Shown here: positions 1-12,167 of the stretch, piece after piece
Position numbering within the stretch: the stretch's first letter is position 1
Layout of the letters: each line of letters opens with the position of its first letter
Assembly (NCBI RefSeq): GCF_004010195.1
Contig: NC_057712.1
Coordinates: 102,338,468-102,402,467 of the forward strand
Reading direction: 5' to 3'
Source of the DNA: Chiloscyllium plagiosum
Lineage: Eukaryota
DNA length: 64,000 nucleotides
Translations under genes and position numbers: made by a program
Notes under the pieces: generated by a model
Told to the model about the DNA's origin: nothing
Database searches by the model: none
The model's input: only the letters and a program-made list of their open reading frames with translations

Positions 1-585
1 ATCTTTGGAGTAACTACTTCCCTAAAGCTCCGATCTATGACCCCCTCTGCCTCCCAAATGATCCTAAGTTCATCCAACTCCAGCTCCAGTTCCCTAACAC
101 GGTCTTGGAGGAGCTGGAGATGGGTGCACTTCCTGCAAGTGTAATCAGCAGGGACATCCATGGCATCCGTCACCTCAAACATGTTGCAAGAGGAACATTG
201 CATTGTCTTCACTGCCATCCCTCTAAAAGTAACCTTTTATAAAAAAAATAGGTCTAAAGAATAGTGCAAGCAAAATGGAGCACTTACCTACTTACCACAA
301 CGGGTCTTATTATTAGGTTAGAGGAGGAGGGAGGATGGGAGGCACTACCTCTGTAGTGCCTCGGGTTCCTCTCCTGCGCACTTTTATAGGAAAAAAAACC
401 TACCCAGGTAAGCTTGCGCTACACCAGCTTCCGGCTGCCCCTCTGGTCGTCGTCACTTCCCCCTGCTGCTCCCGCTCTTTCTGTGAAGAGAAAAAAAAAC
501 ACCGCTGCCGGTAAGTAATTTTAAAACAAACTGTCTCACCTTAGCTGGAGCCTTCGTTTAAACTCAGCTGCTGCTCGCACTCAAA
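1..585 (-). mobile_element. 5' end of a CR1 LINE: 5'UTR plus start of ORF1 (ATG at 218, runs off the window start)
   Basis: Minus-strand translation from 218: MAVKTMQCSSCNMFEVTDAMDVPADYTCRKCTHLQLLQDRVRELELELDELRIIWEAEGVIDRSFREVVTPK. This is the CxxC...CxxC zinc finger plus leucine zipper typical of the CR1 ORF1 N-terminus. The UTR boundary is approximate. Confidence 0.85.
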
Positions 586-589
586 ATAT

Positions 590-695
590 GCCCTTCATCA
601 GGATTCCTAATGAAGGGCTTATGCCCTAAATGTCGATTTTCCTGCTCCTTGGATGCTGCCTGACCTGATGTGTTTTTCCAGCACCACACTCTCGA
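590..695 (+). mobile_element. Short PLE-derived terminal-repeat element with a degenerate hammerhead motif and an inverted stub
   Basis: gcccttcatcagga-ttcctaatgaagggc palindrome followed by ttatgccctaaatgtcgattttcctgctcc...; same family as the copies at 41.8, 51.9, 56.4 and 61.9 kb. Confidence 0.75.
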
Positions 696-996
696 TACCT
701 GACACACAGCTTACTTGACACATCCCCTACCTGATCTGATCCAAAGCCCCTGACCTAACACGCTGCCAGCCTTGCACCCTCCTAACTCAAGCTGACCATC
801 CCTCCCCAAAAGCTTACACATCTATCTACCATCCTAACCCCAGACATGCGTGCTATCCCACACTCTCACCCACCCACCCACCAACCCACCAGTCAATGTT
901 CCCATTATAAGGGAATTATTGCAAGGTTTGTGAAGATTTGTAGCTCAGGTTGAGGTTTAAGGTGTAGGTTTGCTTGCTGAGCTGTAGGTTTGATAT

Positions 997-1036
997 CCAG
1001 ATGTTTCATTACCTGGCTAGGTAACATCATCAGTGG
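997..1036 (-). ncRNA. Inverted copy of the same hammerhead motif (cleavage triplet AUC)
   Basis: Reverse complement reads ccactgatgatgttacctagccaggtaatgaaacatctgg. Confidence 0.75.
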
Positions 1037-1161
1037 CAACCTCCAAGTGAAGCGAAGCTGTTGTCTCCTGCTTTCTATTTATATCTTTCTCCTGGATGGG
1101 GTTCCTGGGGTTTGTGGTGATGTTATTTCCAGCTAGTTTTCATTAGGACCCTGTACAACCC

Positions 1162-1590
1162 ATGGACAAAACCAACGTCATCTACAAAATTCCATGCAAG
1201 GACTGCCACAAACACTACGTAGGACAAACAGGAAGAAAGTTAGCCACCAGGATACACGAACACCAGCTAGCCACAAAAAGACACGACCCTCTCTCCCTCA
1301 TTGCCCTACACACAGATGAAGAAAAACACCATTTCGACTGGGACAACACATCTATCCTGGGAGAGGCTAAGCAAAGACATGCCAGAGAATTCCTAGAGGC
1401 CTGGCACTCCAACCACAATGCCATAAACAAACAAATAGATCTAGATGCCATTTATCAACCCCTCAGAAAACGAGCAGGAAATGACATCACCACAAACCCC
1501 AGGAACCCCATCCAGGAGAAAGACATAAATAGAAAGCAGAAGACAACAGCTTCGCTTCACTTGGAGGTCGCCACTGATGATGTTACCTAG
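1162..1590 (+). pseudogene. C-terminal GIY-YIG endonuclease domain of the Penelope-like element (RT portion missing)
   Basis: NVIYKIPCKDCHKHYVGQTGRKLATRIHEH...HTDEEKHHFDW...REFLEAWH: PLE-type GIY-YIG with a CxxC insert. Confidence 0.9.
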
Positions 1591-1610
1591 CCAGGTAATG
1601 AAACGTCTGG
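1571..1610 (+). ncRNA. Minimal type I hammerhead ribozyme motif in the PLE pseudo-LTR
   Basis: CCA-CUGAUGA-U-GUUACCU(AGCC)AGGUAAU-GAAA-C-GUC-UGG: stem I CCA/UGG, 7-bp stem II, intact core; predicted cut after 1607. Confidence 0.85.
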
Positions 1611-3295
1611 ATATCAAACCTACAGCTCAGCAAACAAACCTACACCCCATAAGGGAATTAGATAAAGTGTCAGAGTCCATTCGGATGCTGTTGGCCATGA
1701 GCATTTGCCAAATCATACCCTTACCAGGTGGACTGCAGCAGTTCTAGAAGAACTTTGGTCTGTCTCGGGGTAACTAGGGATGAGGCAACAAATTCCAGCC
1801 TTGTTAGTCATGTTGACATTTCCCTGTCATCGTGGCACCAAGTATTTCAGTTCATGCCTAGTGGTCCCAGGAGTGGCTTCTTAATTGGCTGCCAATGATC
1901 AAATCAGTTGGGGGTACCTAGTGCCCATCTGTGCTGGCTCAAGACCCACTTTCAACTCCAGTGTTGGGGACTACTTACATTCTCGTAAAATCTAATGCAT
2001 AATTCAAATTTCCGTTTTGAAGATGTGCAATTGCTAGTTCCCAATTTTTACTTCCTACATATCAAATATGGATTGGACTGAGCTGCTCAAGATACTTTTA
2101 TGGCCTTCAATTTCTAGTATGGAGGGATCCACTTCTTGTAAGACATGATTAAACGATTAGAATTTTTCTCCAATGTGTGTGAAGCTCCAGTAAATGGATA
2201 TCATGCAAGTTAAGGCTGTTAACATCAATACTTTTATTGGGTGGATATTCTAATTTGCAGGCAATTGAAACAATAAATGCTGCAAATCTGTGTGTTTCTG
2301 GTATTTGTACTTATGATGATATCTGGGGTTTGTAAATAATGGCTACAATGCTCCTTCCAACTTGGCAGACTGGCTGAGAGAAATGTTCACACAAGTTTTA
2401 CTATAAATGCCAATTTAAGTTGGACAGCTGCTGTTTGAATTTAACCTAGTCCACCTCAATTGAATGCAAAGGCCTGCACTGGATTTCCCAACAGAATAGG
2501 CAACCCACCCCCATCCCACAATCCAAAGGGAGCCAGGTACAGTATATGGGTACTGCACTGGCTGTGGGCGGAGAAAATGCAAAAAAGGCTAATCATCTTT
2601 GGCACAGAGGAGCATCCTGTGTCGGAGAGATTGGCGAAAGATGTTTCCCACCTGAAGGACGCTGATGGGCTAAGCTACTCATGTGTACACACTACACAGT
2701 GTTTTCACAGACACTCCATCTAAACCATTCAGACAACCTTACAGCTCTTTGCCTGGTTACAAGTTGCTCTGGTCACAGTGTATCAGGGCACACATACAAG
2801 CTACTTCTCACTGTCATCTGTTACTAGATTGGTACTTTAAAGGGCTTTCGTTCAAGTTGAATATTTAAGATCCAGCCTAGCTGCATGATGCATGTTAAAC
2901 TAATGAAACACTGGATGCACTCAACACTCAATTTCACTAAACCTTGTGACTATTACACATGTGGCAAAGCACATAATCAAAGGAAGCTGACAGGAGCTGG
3001 AAGTGGTCCTGAAATGTTAATCCCTTGACTTCTTTTGAGTACTGCATCTTTGTAAGAGTAGGATAAATTAGCATAAAGTGTTTGGGGGAATGAGAAATCC
3101 CCTCCTGGCTCAATGACACCGGTCCACGCACACACATCTCACAATAACTCCAAGTTATTCTATTTGGGTGTTAAGTCTTTTTCGGATACTGTTCATTATT
3201 CTAAGAATTTCGGAACAGGAGTGGCCATTCAGGCCCTGCCACTTGTTCTACAATTTAATGAGACCATGATTGAATCGGTATTTCTGTCCCATTAT

Positions 3296-4205
3296 GTGCT
3301 GCAAGGATTGGTGCCGTGTTCACTATTGTTTATCATTTATATGAATGATTTTGATGGGAATACAGGAGGCATGGTTAGAAAGTTTGCAGATGACACCAAG
3401 ATTGGTGATGTAGGGGACAGTAAGAAGGTTATCTAAGAGCGTGATAAGATCTTGAACAGTTGGTCCAATGGCCAAGGAATGGCAGATGGAGTTTAGTGCA
3501 AATACATATAAAGTGTTGCATTTTAGTAAGACAAACCAGGACAGAGGTTGCACAATTAATAGTAGGGCCCTGGGTAATGTTGAACAGAGAGACCCAGGGG
3601 TGCAGATATATAGTTCCTTGAGAAAGGCATCACAGGTAGACAAGGTAGTGAAAAATGGCGCACTTTCCTTTGTTGATTAGAGCGTTGAGTATAAGAGTTG
3701 GCATGTCATGTTGCAGCTGTATAAGACATTGGTGAGGCTACTTTTGGAGGACTGCATAAAATTCTGTTGCCCCGCGATAGGAAGGGGGTTATTAAACTGG
3801 AAAGATTCACAAGGATGTTACCAAGACTAGTGGGCTTGAGAGGCTGGAAAGGCTGGGATTTTCTCACTGAAGCATTAGATGTTGAGGGGTGATGTTATAG
3901 AGGTTTATAAAATCAAAGTCTTTTCCCCAGGGTAGGGGAGTCCAAATCTAGAGGGCATAAGTTTAATGTTAGAGTGGAAAGATTTAAAAGGGACCTGAGA
4001 GCAACTTTTTCACGCAGAGGATGATGTGTATATGGAATGGACTGTCTGAAGAAGTGGTAGAAGTGAGTACAATTATACTATTAAAAGACATTTGGATGGA
4101 TACATGAACAGGGAGGGCCAATTGCAGGCAAATGGGGCTAGTTAAGTTTGGGAAACCTGTTTGGCCGAAGGATCTGTTTCCATGTTGTATTACTCTATAA
4201 TTCTG
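3296..4205 (+). mobile_element. CR1 LINE 3' fragment (RT C-terminus and 3' tail)
   Basis: LFIIYMND...KFADDTKIG and WQMEF..KVLHF motifs; ends in a ctctataattct-type tail; frameshifted. Confidence 0.9.
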
Positions 4206-4899
4206 CCTTTGGCGCATTTTCCTTCATATGCTTATTAACAAAAATCTGTCAGTCTCAGGCATGAAATTTCCATTTGGTCCAGCATTTTGAAGGGGTTAGA
4301 TTCCAGATTTGTGCTATCTTTATATAAACATGCACTGGGTTAAATCTTCTGAGATGTGGCAATAACCATCAAATTGCTACTCTTCTCCTTTTATCTCACC
4401 CTGTCTGCATTTCTCAACCTGGCTTCTAAATCAGGTCTCTTGAGAAATGTGGCACTTAACTGTTCTGGGTGTTCATCCTCACAGTGCAAGCTTGTCAGTG
4501 AGATTTAATCCACTTCTTTTGACAGCTCTGCCTGCCAGATTTCAGGGTTTAAATGTGCCAAAAGATCTCCGACAAGCTACAGCGTGAAGTCAAGTATCAA
4601 AATCAGGTAGCAAAATCAGGAAGTGCTGGAGAAACTTGGCAGATTTGCCAATATCAGTGGAGAGAGAAGCAGCATTAAAATTTTGCATGTAATATGGTTC
4701 TGCTTCAGGAATGAAGAGAGAAGAGGTGGAACATTGATGGACGTTGGAAAAGATGAGGAAGAGGATGCGAAAGAGAATTGAAGGCCAGGAGAAGGTTAGA
4801 AGCTGAGGGAGATTCAAGGTCACAGGTATCACAGACCAAAAGACAAAGTGGTAATGTTTGTAGACAGTAAAGACAGGTCCAAAGTTGTGTTATCAAAAA

Positions 4900-6460
4900 G
4901 ATTTTGGAGCAGAATTAGGCCATTTAGTCCCTCAAGTCTGCATGGTCGTTCATGAAGATTATGGCTGACCAGTTTTTGAATTCCACGTTCTAATCAACTT
5001 TTAATGACCTGATTTCCTTACATAACAAAAATATATCTAATCCCACTTTAGAAGTATTCAATGATCCTGCCTCCACCAGCTTTTGAGGGAGGGAGTTCTA
5101 AAGTTGTACAACAATACGGAGTGAAAATATTTCTCCTCTCTTTCCGAAAAGGGTGACCATCAGTTTTAAAACAATGCTTCTTGTTCAGTGCTCAGCTGCA
5201 AAAGGACACATCATTTCCACATTCACAGCCTTAAACCATTCAGGGTGCTACATGCTTCAATCAAGTCACCCTTCACACTTCCATACTCCAACGGAAAAAA
5301 GCCCAGCCTATCCAACCTTCCTTCATCAGCCAACCTGCTCCTTCCTGGTATCAATCCAGTAAACCTTCTCTGAGCTGTCTCCAACACACTAACATCCTTC
5401 TTTAAATAAGGAGACCAAACTTGCACATGGTATTTGGAATGTGGTCTCATCGATGGCCTGTATAACTGAAGCACGGCACTCTTACTTTTCCATCCAATTT
5501 CTCTCCTGATAAACAATAACATCCCATTAACATCTTTACTATGAACTGTATCAGCATATAATTTTCTTCATGACTCATGTATCAGAACAACTAAATCCCT
5601 CTGCACCTTGGAATTCTTCCTTTCGGTAAAACAATGTTTTTTCTTCTTCCTGCCAAACTGAACAATTTCACATTCTCCCATCTTAGACTCTATTGGCCAC
5701 ATGTTTGTCCAATCACTCAACCTAGCTATCTTTGTTTACAACCTCCTTATGTTTTCTTCAAAACACGCATTTTTTTTTTACCAATCTTTATATCACCTGC
5801 AAATTTAGCCACCATTCCTTCGATCCTCTCATTGAAGTCACTGATATAAATCGCAAAGCATTCAGGCTGAATCTCAGAGCCCTGCGCGAGCCCACGAGTA
5901 CATTTTACCAATTAAAAAATACTTATTTGCGTAGATTCTGTTTGCTGCCAGCCAGGCAATCTTCTATCCATGCTAGCTTGTTACCCCGTTCACCATGTGC
6001 TCCTGCTTTGCACCACAACGTTTTATGTGAGAAAAGCAAATGCTCCTTGTCCAATGCCTCCTGGAAATCCAGGCCCAGCACATCAGCAGGCTCTCCTGTA
6101 TTCAAAGCACATGTTCCTTCTTCAAAGAACTCCCCAATAAATAGATTGAACATGAGTTCCCTCTAATAAATTCATCTTTCAAACTTCTAATCACCTTGAG
6201 CTTTTCTAAATTCCTACCTTTAAACTCCACAATGATTGAGTCTAACACTTTCCCCATGACACATGTTATGCTAACTAGACTACAGTTTCTGATAGCGGGG
6301 TTATATTTCTGGGCTGATGAAACTATTCAGGATTGAGTGAATTTTGGAAAAATAATGCAAAGCATCTACTGTCTCATTAGCTGCCTTCCTTAAGATCCCA
6401 GCATGAATCCATCAGAACCTGGGAATTTGTTAGCCCATAGTTCTATTGGTTTTCTCAGTA
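4900..6460 (-). mobile_element. Degenerate CR1 LINE 3' portion
   Basis: Minus ORFs contain LQLYRPSMRPH...WSPYLKKD...QRRFTGLIPG and LDFQEALDK. Confidence 0.85.
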
Positions 6461-6949
6461 CCATTTCTCTCATGATTGCAATCTTCTGTAGATGCATGAG
6501 AAACATGTTTGGCCATATACACAAAGCAACCTGGTAAAAGCATGCAGATCACTTGGTGTGCTTGAGCTCGAAAGTAAAGCGCTAAAGTACATAATGATGT
6601 GGTGAGGCTGGTGGTTTGGCAGTGCCAGCTGGAGTGGATGATGAATCAAGGAGGACAGCATCCCACAGAGCATGCAGGGACAGTGTTATGAAGGAGCAGC
6701 TGAGCAATGGCTATGATAAGCATTCAGCATGGAGCTGGCAGGTATGAATGCTAGGGGTTAAATGTCAGAAATTTGCATTGTCCAGTTTCTCAGAGAGGGA
6801 AAGGAAATTGGAAGTGCCATATAAATACAGAACTTGGGACTTATATCTGATGCAAATGCATGGAAATAAGGTAATTTCTACTCAATGGTGAGATTCTGAA
6901 TTGCTATAGAGGGCTGGAGGAGTAAATTGCAAAGACTTATCTCAATGTC

Positions 6950-7205
6950 AAGGGAGGTGGTGGCAATGTCACTGGACTAGTAATGCAGAACCTCAGGCTA
7001 ATGTTCTGGTGACATGGTTCCAATCCCACCACGGTGGATGGTTAAATTTGAATGTATTTAAAAGAAATCTGGAATACAGGAAATCTGCCATCCTTACCTG
7101 GCCTGGCCTACAAGTCATTCCAGACTGAGGCAATGCGGATTGCTCTTCACTGCACTCTGGGCAAGCCAGGGACACCAACAGCCCGTGAGTGAACAAGGAA
7201 AAAAT
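6950..7205 (+). mobile_element. Old tRNA-derived SINE with a LINE-derived tail (family distinct from the V-SINEs)
   Basis: tggcaatgtcactggactag...ggttccaatccc (A/B-box-like); the 3' end resembles the LINE tail at 23460-23505. Confidence 0.55.
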
Positions 7206-7224
7206 TCAGATGATTTGATTCTCT

Positions 7225-7752
7225 CACCAGGACAAAACACCCTGCACCCATCATGTGCAAGACTAACATAGTTGACAAGATTCCATGCAAAGACTGCACA
7301 AAACACTATATAGGACAACCAGACAGACAATGAGCAATCTGCATCCACGAACACCAACTAGCCACTAAACACCACAACCAGCTGCTCCTGGTAGCCACAC
7401 ACACAGATGACAAGGACCACAAATTCGACTGGGACAATACAACAACCATAGGACAAGCCAAACAGAGGACAGTCAGAGAATTTCTAAAAGCATGGCACTT
7501 ACCATCAACAAGCACATAGACCTAGACCCAATATACTGGCCACGACAACAAACAACCGGAACTGGTAACCAGAAACAACAGGAACGGACCTAAATAAATT
7601 CCACAAGACACAGTAAAGTAGCACTTCACAGGAGGCACTGAGTATGTCACCTCGACAGGGGATAAAACGTCTGCAAATCAACTTTTTAGCTTGGCCAACA
7701 TTCCCACAATGACAGCAACCAGTACCCAAGCTAAAAGTTTATACACAAACTG
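7225..7752 (+). mobile_element. Degenerate Penelope-like 3' end (GIY-YIG plus pseudo-LTR with a decayed hammerhead at 7635-7674)
   Basis: Translates KTNIVDKIPCKDCTKHYIGQ..*..HEHQLATK..FDWDNT..REFLKAWH, homologous to 1162-1590; motif gca-ctgagta-tgtcacct-cgac-aggggat-aaaa-cgtc-tgc. Confidence 0.88.
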
Positions 7753-8382
7753 TGAGTCTCTCGGCACTCTCCTATCTTTCTCACGAAGGGAAAATTCCAC
7801 CTGTTGTGAACCTTTTATTATGACTTTAAACTCAGCTTTGTCAGTTCAGACCTACCAATTTTAATGTTTTGTTACTGGTCTCCCTTATTTCCAATAAATG
7901 CAATTTGCGCAAAAGGTCAGTGCCAAATCCTAATCTTTGTTCTTGAATATTAATGTTGGCTTCTGAACACTTAGATAGCTAAATTTAACCTGATGAATCA
8001 CCTTTTAAACTTATTCAAGATCACAAACTTGCCTCTTGCTATAACCTCCTTCAGCCCCACAACCACACTGCACCAAACCCTTCATTCTTCTTTCTTTTTT
8101 CCTATTGGCTATTTTTCTTTCCCCTCATTTACCTATACTCCACACCCTGAAATTCTCTCCCTGAAATGTTTTGTATTCTCACTTTACTTTGCCCCTTGAA
8201 AGTTTTTAATAAAGCTCATCTCTCTCAGCAAGTTCTTGGTGCCATGTTTGGCTAAGCATCTGCATTTTATTGATACATTTCTCTGAAGTGCTTCAGCATA
8301 TTTTTCGGTAAGGGCATTATATAAATGAAAACTAACATATATTTCACTTCCTCTAACCTACGAAGTCAACATAGGCCCATCT

Positions 8383-8612
8383 TAGAGTTATAGACATGTG
8401 CAGCACAGAAACAAACCCTTTTGTCTAACTTGTCCATGCCGACCAGATAGCCTAAATTAATCTAGTCCCGTTGACCAGCAGCTGGCCCATATCCCTCTAA
8501 ACTCTTCCTACTCATATACCCATCCAGATGCCTTTTAAATGCTGTAATTGTACCAGCCTCCACCACTTCCTTTGGCAGTTCATTCCACGCACCCAACACC
8601 CTCTGCTTGAAG
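8383..8612 (-). mobile_element. CR1 3' end fragment
   Basis: WNELPKEVVEAGTITAFKRHLD motif plus the tail shared with the other CR1 copies. Confidence 0.9.
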
Positions 8613-9313
8613 AAAGGCAAGTGAAAATAGGTCAGAGAAGTGATTAAAAAAAAGTAATGAAACACTGTGGTGAGATGGAGAAATGGGGTTTTAATCTTTA
8701 ATTGCTGGAATCATCAGCTTTTACAGAACCTACCTAATTGTTGTCCTACTGAGATTTACTGAATGAAGATTGGGATTGTGTAAAAACTGAGTGCTTCCCT
8801 CCACTAGGTAACCACTCAGGTAACAATATTGAAATTGTTCCTAACAAATTGTATTTATACGGAAACTTTGATATGATCCAGGGAGTTTCACAGATGGCAG
8901 TGAGGGTAGGTGAACAGATTCAGAAATGGAGGAAATGGTTAAACTTGGCTAAATACTTGAAGGTAAAAAGAGTCGTAGGAGGAAGGGAGATTCTCAAATC
9001 TGCCATTTCCTGGTCTAAAGTGGGTCCTAAAATAAGTTGATTCTGGAAGACAAGATGTTCACAGCAGGTGGGTTGGTGTTGGATTTTGCCTATTATCCTT
9101 TGGATACTTAGTGTGAGTTGAAAACCTTGCCAACTTTTTGTTTAAACCTCCTCCCCCAATCTTCCCCCTCTTTCCTTCCTCTCCTGAAGGTGTAGTCTCA
9201 ATATTGGTGAACAGTTCCAAGGACACCAGTTACCCCTGACACTTCAAGCAAGCAACCAATATTGATGCATGTGCCTGTCAGTGAGTATAGACTAGTTACT
9301 AGACTGAGCAGGA

Positions 9314-9724
9314 GCAAATTACTGCAGATGCTGGAATCTGAACTGAAATCAAAAAATGCTGGTGATCACAATGGGTCAGGCAGCATCCATGGAGAGAAAG
9401 CAAGCTAGCATTTCAAGCCTGGATGACTCTTCACCGTAACTAAAGTGAAGCGTAGAGTGAACAGCATATACGCAATAGTGGGAGTTGGGGGGGGGGTGGA
9501 GGGGGGGCGCAGGTGTGTGTGTGTGGGGGGCGGAATGGGGGTTAGAGTGCTGGGAGAGAAAGGATGTTCAGATTAACTCCCCTTCCCACTATTGCATATA
9601 ATGCTACCTCTCTCCACACCTCACTTTAACTCTGATGAAGAGTCATCTAGATTCAAAACATTAGCTTGCTGTCTCACCTTTGTGACTACCTGACCCACTG
9701 TGATCTCCAACACTTTTTGTTTTC
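9314..9724. mobile_element. Non-coding PLE-derived inverted (tail-out) element with a 16-bp TSD and two decayed hammerheads
   Basis: ACTAGACTGAGCAGGA at 9298-9313 and 9725-9740; plus-strand motif ctgatga-agagtc-atcta-gattc-aaaa-catt at 9629-9665, mirrored at ~9404-9438. Confidence 0.85.
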
Positions 9725-10414
9725 ACTAGACTGAGCAGGACCGCACAGCAGAGCTTAATTTTGTTCTGTCTGAACACAAGGCAATCTCAGCAGGATAGTG
9801 CCCAGTAACAGAAATAATTCACAATCGAGTAAAGGCTGGAGCGAAATGAGTGCTCCTGCGCTGAAATTAATATATTTTAAATCATTTTAACACTTTATGT
9901 ACATCTTTTAAAATCAGCTAACAAATGTAAATTATATGACAACATTTGACAACAAGGGATCTAACAATTTTATAGAAAACAATCTTCCCTCAAAACAACA
10001 AGGAGCAGTTTTTAAAATATGAATGAACATTTTTTACACACACATACAATTGTAGTTCTTTCTATTATAGTAACTCTCCTAATTAACTGTTTTCAATTAC
10101 ATTTAACTCACATATTAATAACTTAGATCTGCCAACTAGAATCTTAAAAATATACTCTTATAAACTATGCAATAAAAAAGGGACAAAAAAAGGTTTTGAC
10201 TGCTATTAAGTACAGGAAATAAAGGTCAGCTGTGTGCAATCACTCATTATTTCCATGTTAGAAACAGCTCTCACTTTCTTTTTATTTGCAGAGTTCTAAA
10301 AAAATGTAATTTGAAACATAATAGTTCGACAGCTCTTTAGTCCCCTCGCGCTTTGCACTGTTCTCCAGCCAAACTGGAAGGTTTGGCAACCTGCTGCCAG
10401 GCAATCAGCCAAGA

Positions 10415-10417
<3 letters not shown>

Positions 10418-10447
<30 letters not shown>
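10418..10447. repeat. (CT)n microsatellite
   Basis: Direct reading. Confidence 0.95.
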
Positions 10448-10448
<1 letters not shown>

Positions 10449-11254
10449 ACCATAGCCCCAAGCAATTCTGCCAGGGTTAACCCAGGCTTCAGCTTTCCTG
10501 ACCCTCAAAGTGATGGTATGCCTCGCCTTTCCTCTGAGTCACTCACGGATGGAATCAGGACCTGGTTATGGGCCAAACTCCCTGAAGGTGATCGACTTTT
10601 CCAAAGGCCTGTGGCTCACCACGTCGAGACGTCTGTGTGTTACACTGATGGGCCACCTAAAAAAAAAATGTTCATTTGATGTCCCAAGTGTGATCTTACT
10701 TTAAAAATTTCCTGCAATCCCACCCACAATGAAAATAAACACTGCTTACACCAGGGTCTAAAGTAATGCTCTTAGACAAAGAAGCAAATTGTTCTTGATT
10801 TGGAAACACCAAGTTTGAAGTTCAGGCTTTACTTTTTGATCTTGCAGTGAAATCCATTGCCTGCTGTTTGCATTTATTTTCTCCCTTCTTTTAAGTAAGA
10901 CATATCGCTTGCTTACAGAAGAAAATGACACAAGCCTTGAGATTAATATCTGTAACAGTAATAATTCAAACCTCAAAACCCACATCTGTGCTCCTGCTTT
11001 TCATTTTTATTTGATTCATTTTGTTCAAAAATATTGACATTTTTTGATTCTTTCTGCTGCCCCAATTTTCCTCATTTCTTTCCTGAGTTCTCGACATGTG
11101 AGCGTTTACAGGACCACAGCATTTTGGTACAATGTTGACACACAGCTCTCTCTAGTAAAGGGAGATCAGAACGTGGCCAGAGCTGAAAATAAATAAGGGA
11201 TTACAAAACTTATCGTCAGAAATACCTTTCCAGGAAAGAAAACAAAAGGTAACT

Positions 11255-11950
11255 GCTGTCCATAAATGTCACAACCAAATAACATGGAAGGGATGAAAAC
11301 TGCTTCATGGATGGATTGATACAGACAGAGAGATATTGAGAGGTTAGGTAAGTGGTCAAAAAGTTGACCAATAGTGTAGAATGTCGGACAATGTGAAGTT
11401 GCTCATTTTGGAAAGGAGAACGAAAGAACAGAGTATTATTTAAATAGAGAAAGACTGCAGAAAGCAACAACACAAATGGACTTAGGTACTCACCCATGAA
11501 ACATAGAAAGCTACCACACAGGTACAGGAGGTAATCAGGAAGGCTAATGGAATTTTGACCTTTATTTCAAAAGGGTTGAAGTATAAAAGTAGAAAAGTCT
11601 TACTGCAACAGTACAAGGTGCTGGTGAGACCACATCTAAAATACTGTGAGCACTTTTGGTCTCCTTATTTAGAGAAAGATTTTATTTCAGAGGAGTCAAT
11701 TCAGTGAAACTTCACACGACATGTGAAGGGATTGTTTTAAGGGTAAACGGGTTGGGACTCTATTCACTGGAATTTAGAACAAGAGGTGATTGAAACATCT
11801 ATGATTTTTAAGGGACTTGACATGGTAAATGCTGAGAGCTTATCTCCCCTCATAGGAGAGTTTAGGACCATAGAGCATAGCCTCAGAATTAAGGGGCACA
11901 AATTTAATACAGAGATGAGGAAGAAATTCTTCTCTTTGAGGATTATGAAC
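11255..11950 (+). mobile_element. CR1 3' fragment, left part (interrupted by the Gypsy element, resumes at 16632-16820)
   Basis: CR1 RT C-terminal motifs (FKGLDMV..LRIKG..EMRKKFFS); sequence breaks at ...attatgaac and resumes gtaaacctttggaac after the 3' LTR. Confidence 0.85.
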
Positions 11951-12167
11951 GTAGTGATTGTAATGAGGTCAGCCAAGTGGACCTCATAGAATATGAGTTC
12001 CCTGATTGGGGCTGTCAATCTGATCCAATCAGGGAGCCCTGGCTGACAGATATAAACAGGAGTGTCAGAGATTCTGTACAATCTGAGAGTTGGGTCAGAG
12101 GGAGCTGGATCGGTGTAAATGAAGGGTGACTTTGTGACAGGATACTTGTCTCTCTGGAGTTATTTAA
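11951..12167 (+). repeat. 5' LTR of the Gypsy element
   Basis: Direct repeat of 16413-16631 (gtagtgattgtaa...ggagtta); TATA-like tataaa; followed by a degenerate PBS-like tggaaatgagg. Confidence 0.88.

Larger units (their letters stand above)
919..1648 (+). mobile_element. 5'-truncated Penelope-like element (Penelope/Poseidon type) with inverted pseudo-LTRs and a 12-bp TSD
   Basis: ATAAGGGAATTA at 907-918 and 1649-1660; ~170-bp inverted arms at 961-1130 and 1477-1646; internal GIY-YIG ORF. Confidence 0.92.

Noticed and set aside
4610-4715. Further hammerhead-type terminal repeat on minus
   Set aside because: The tail resembles the family, but the core and stems are too decayed to call.
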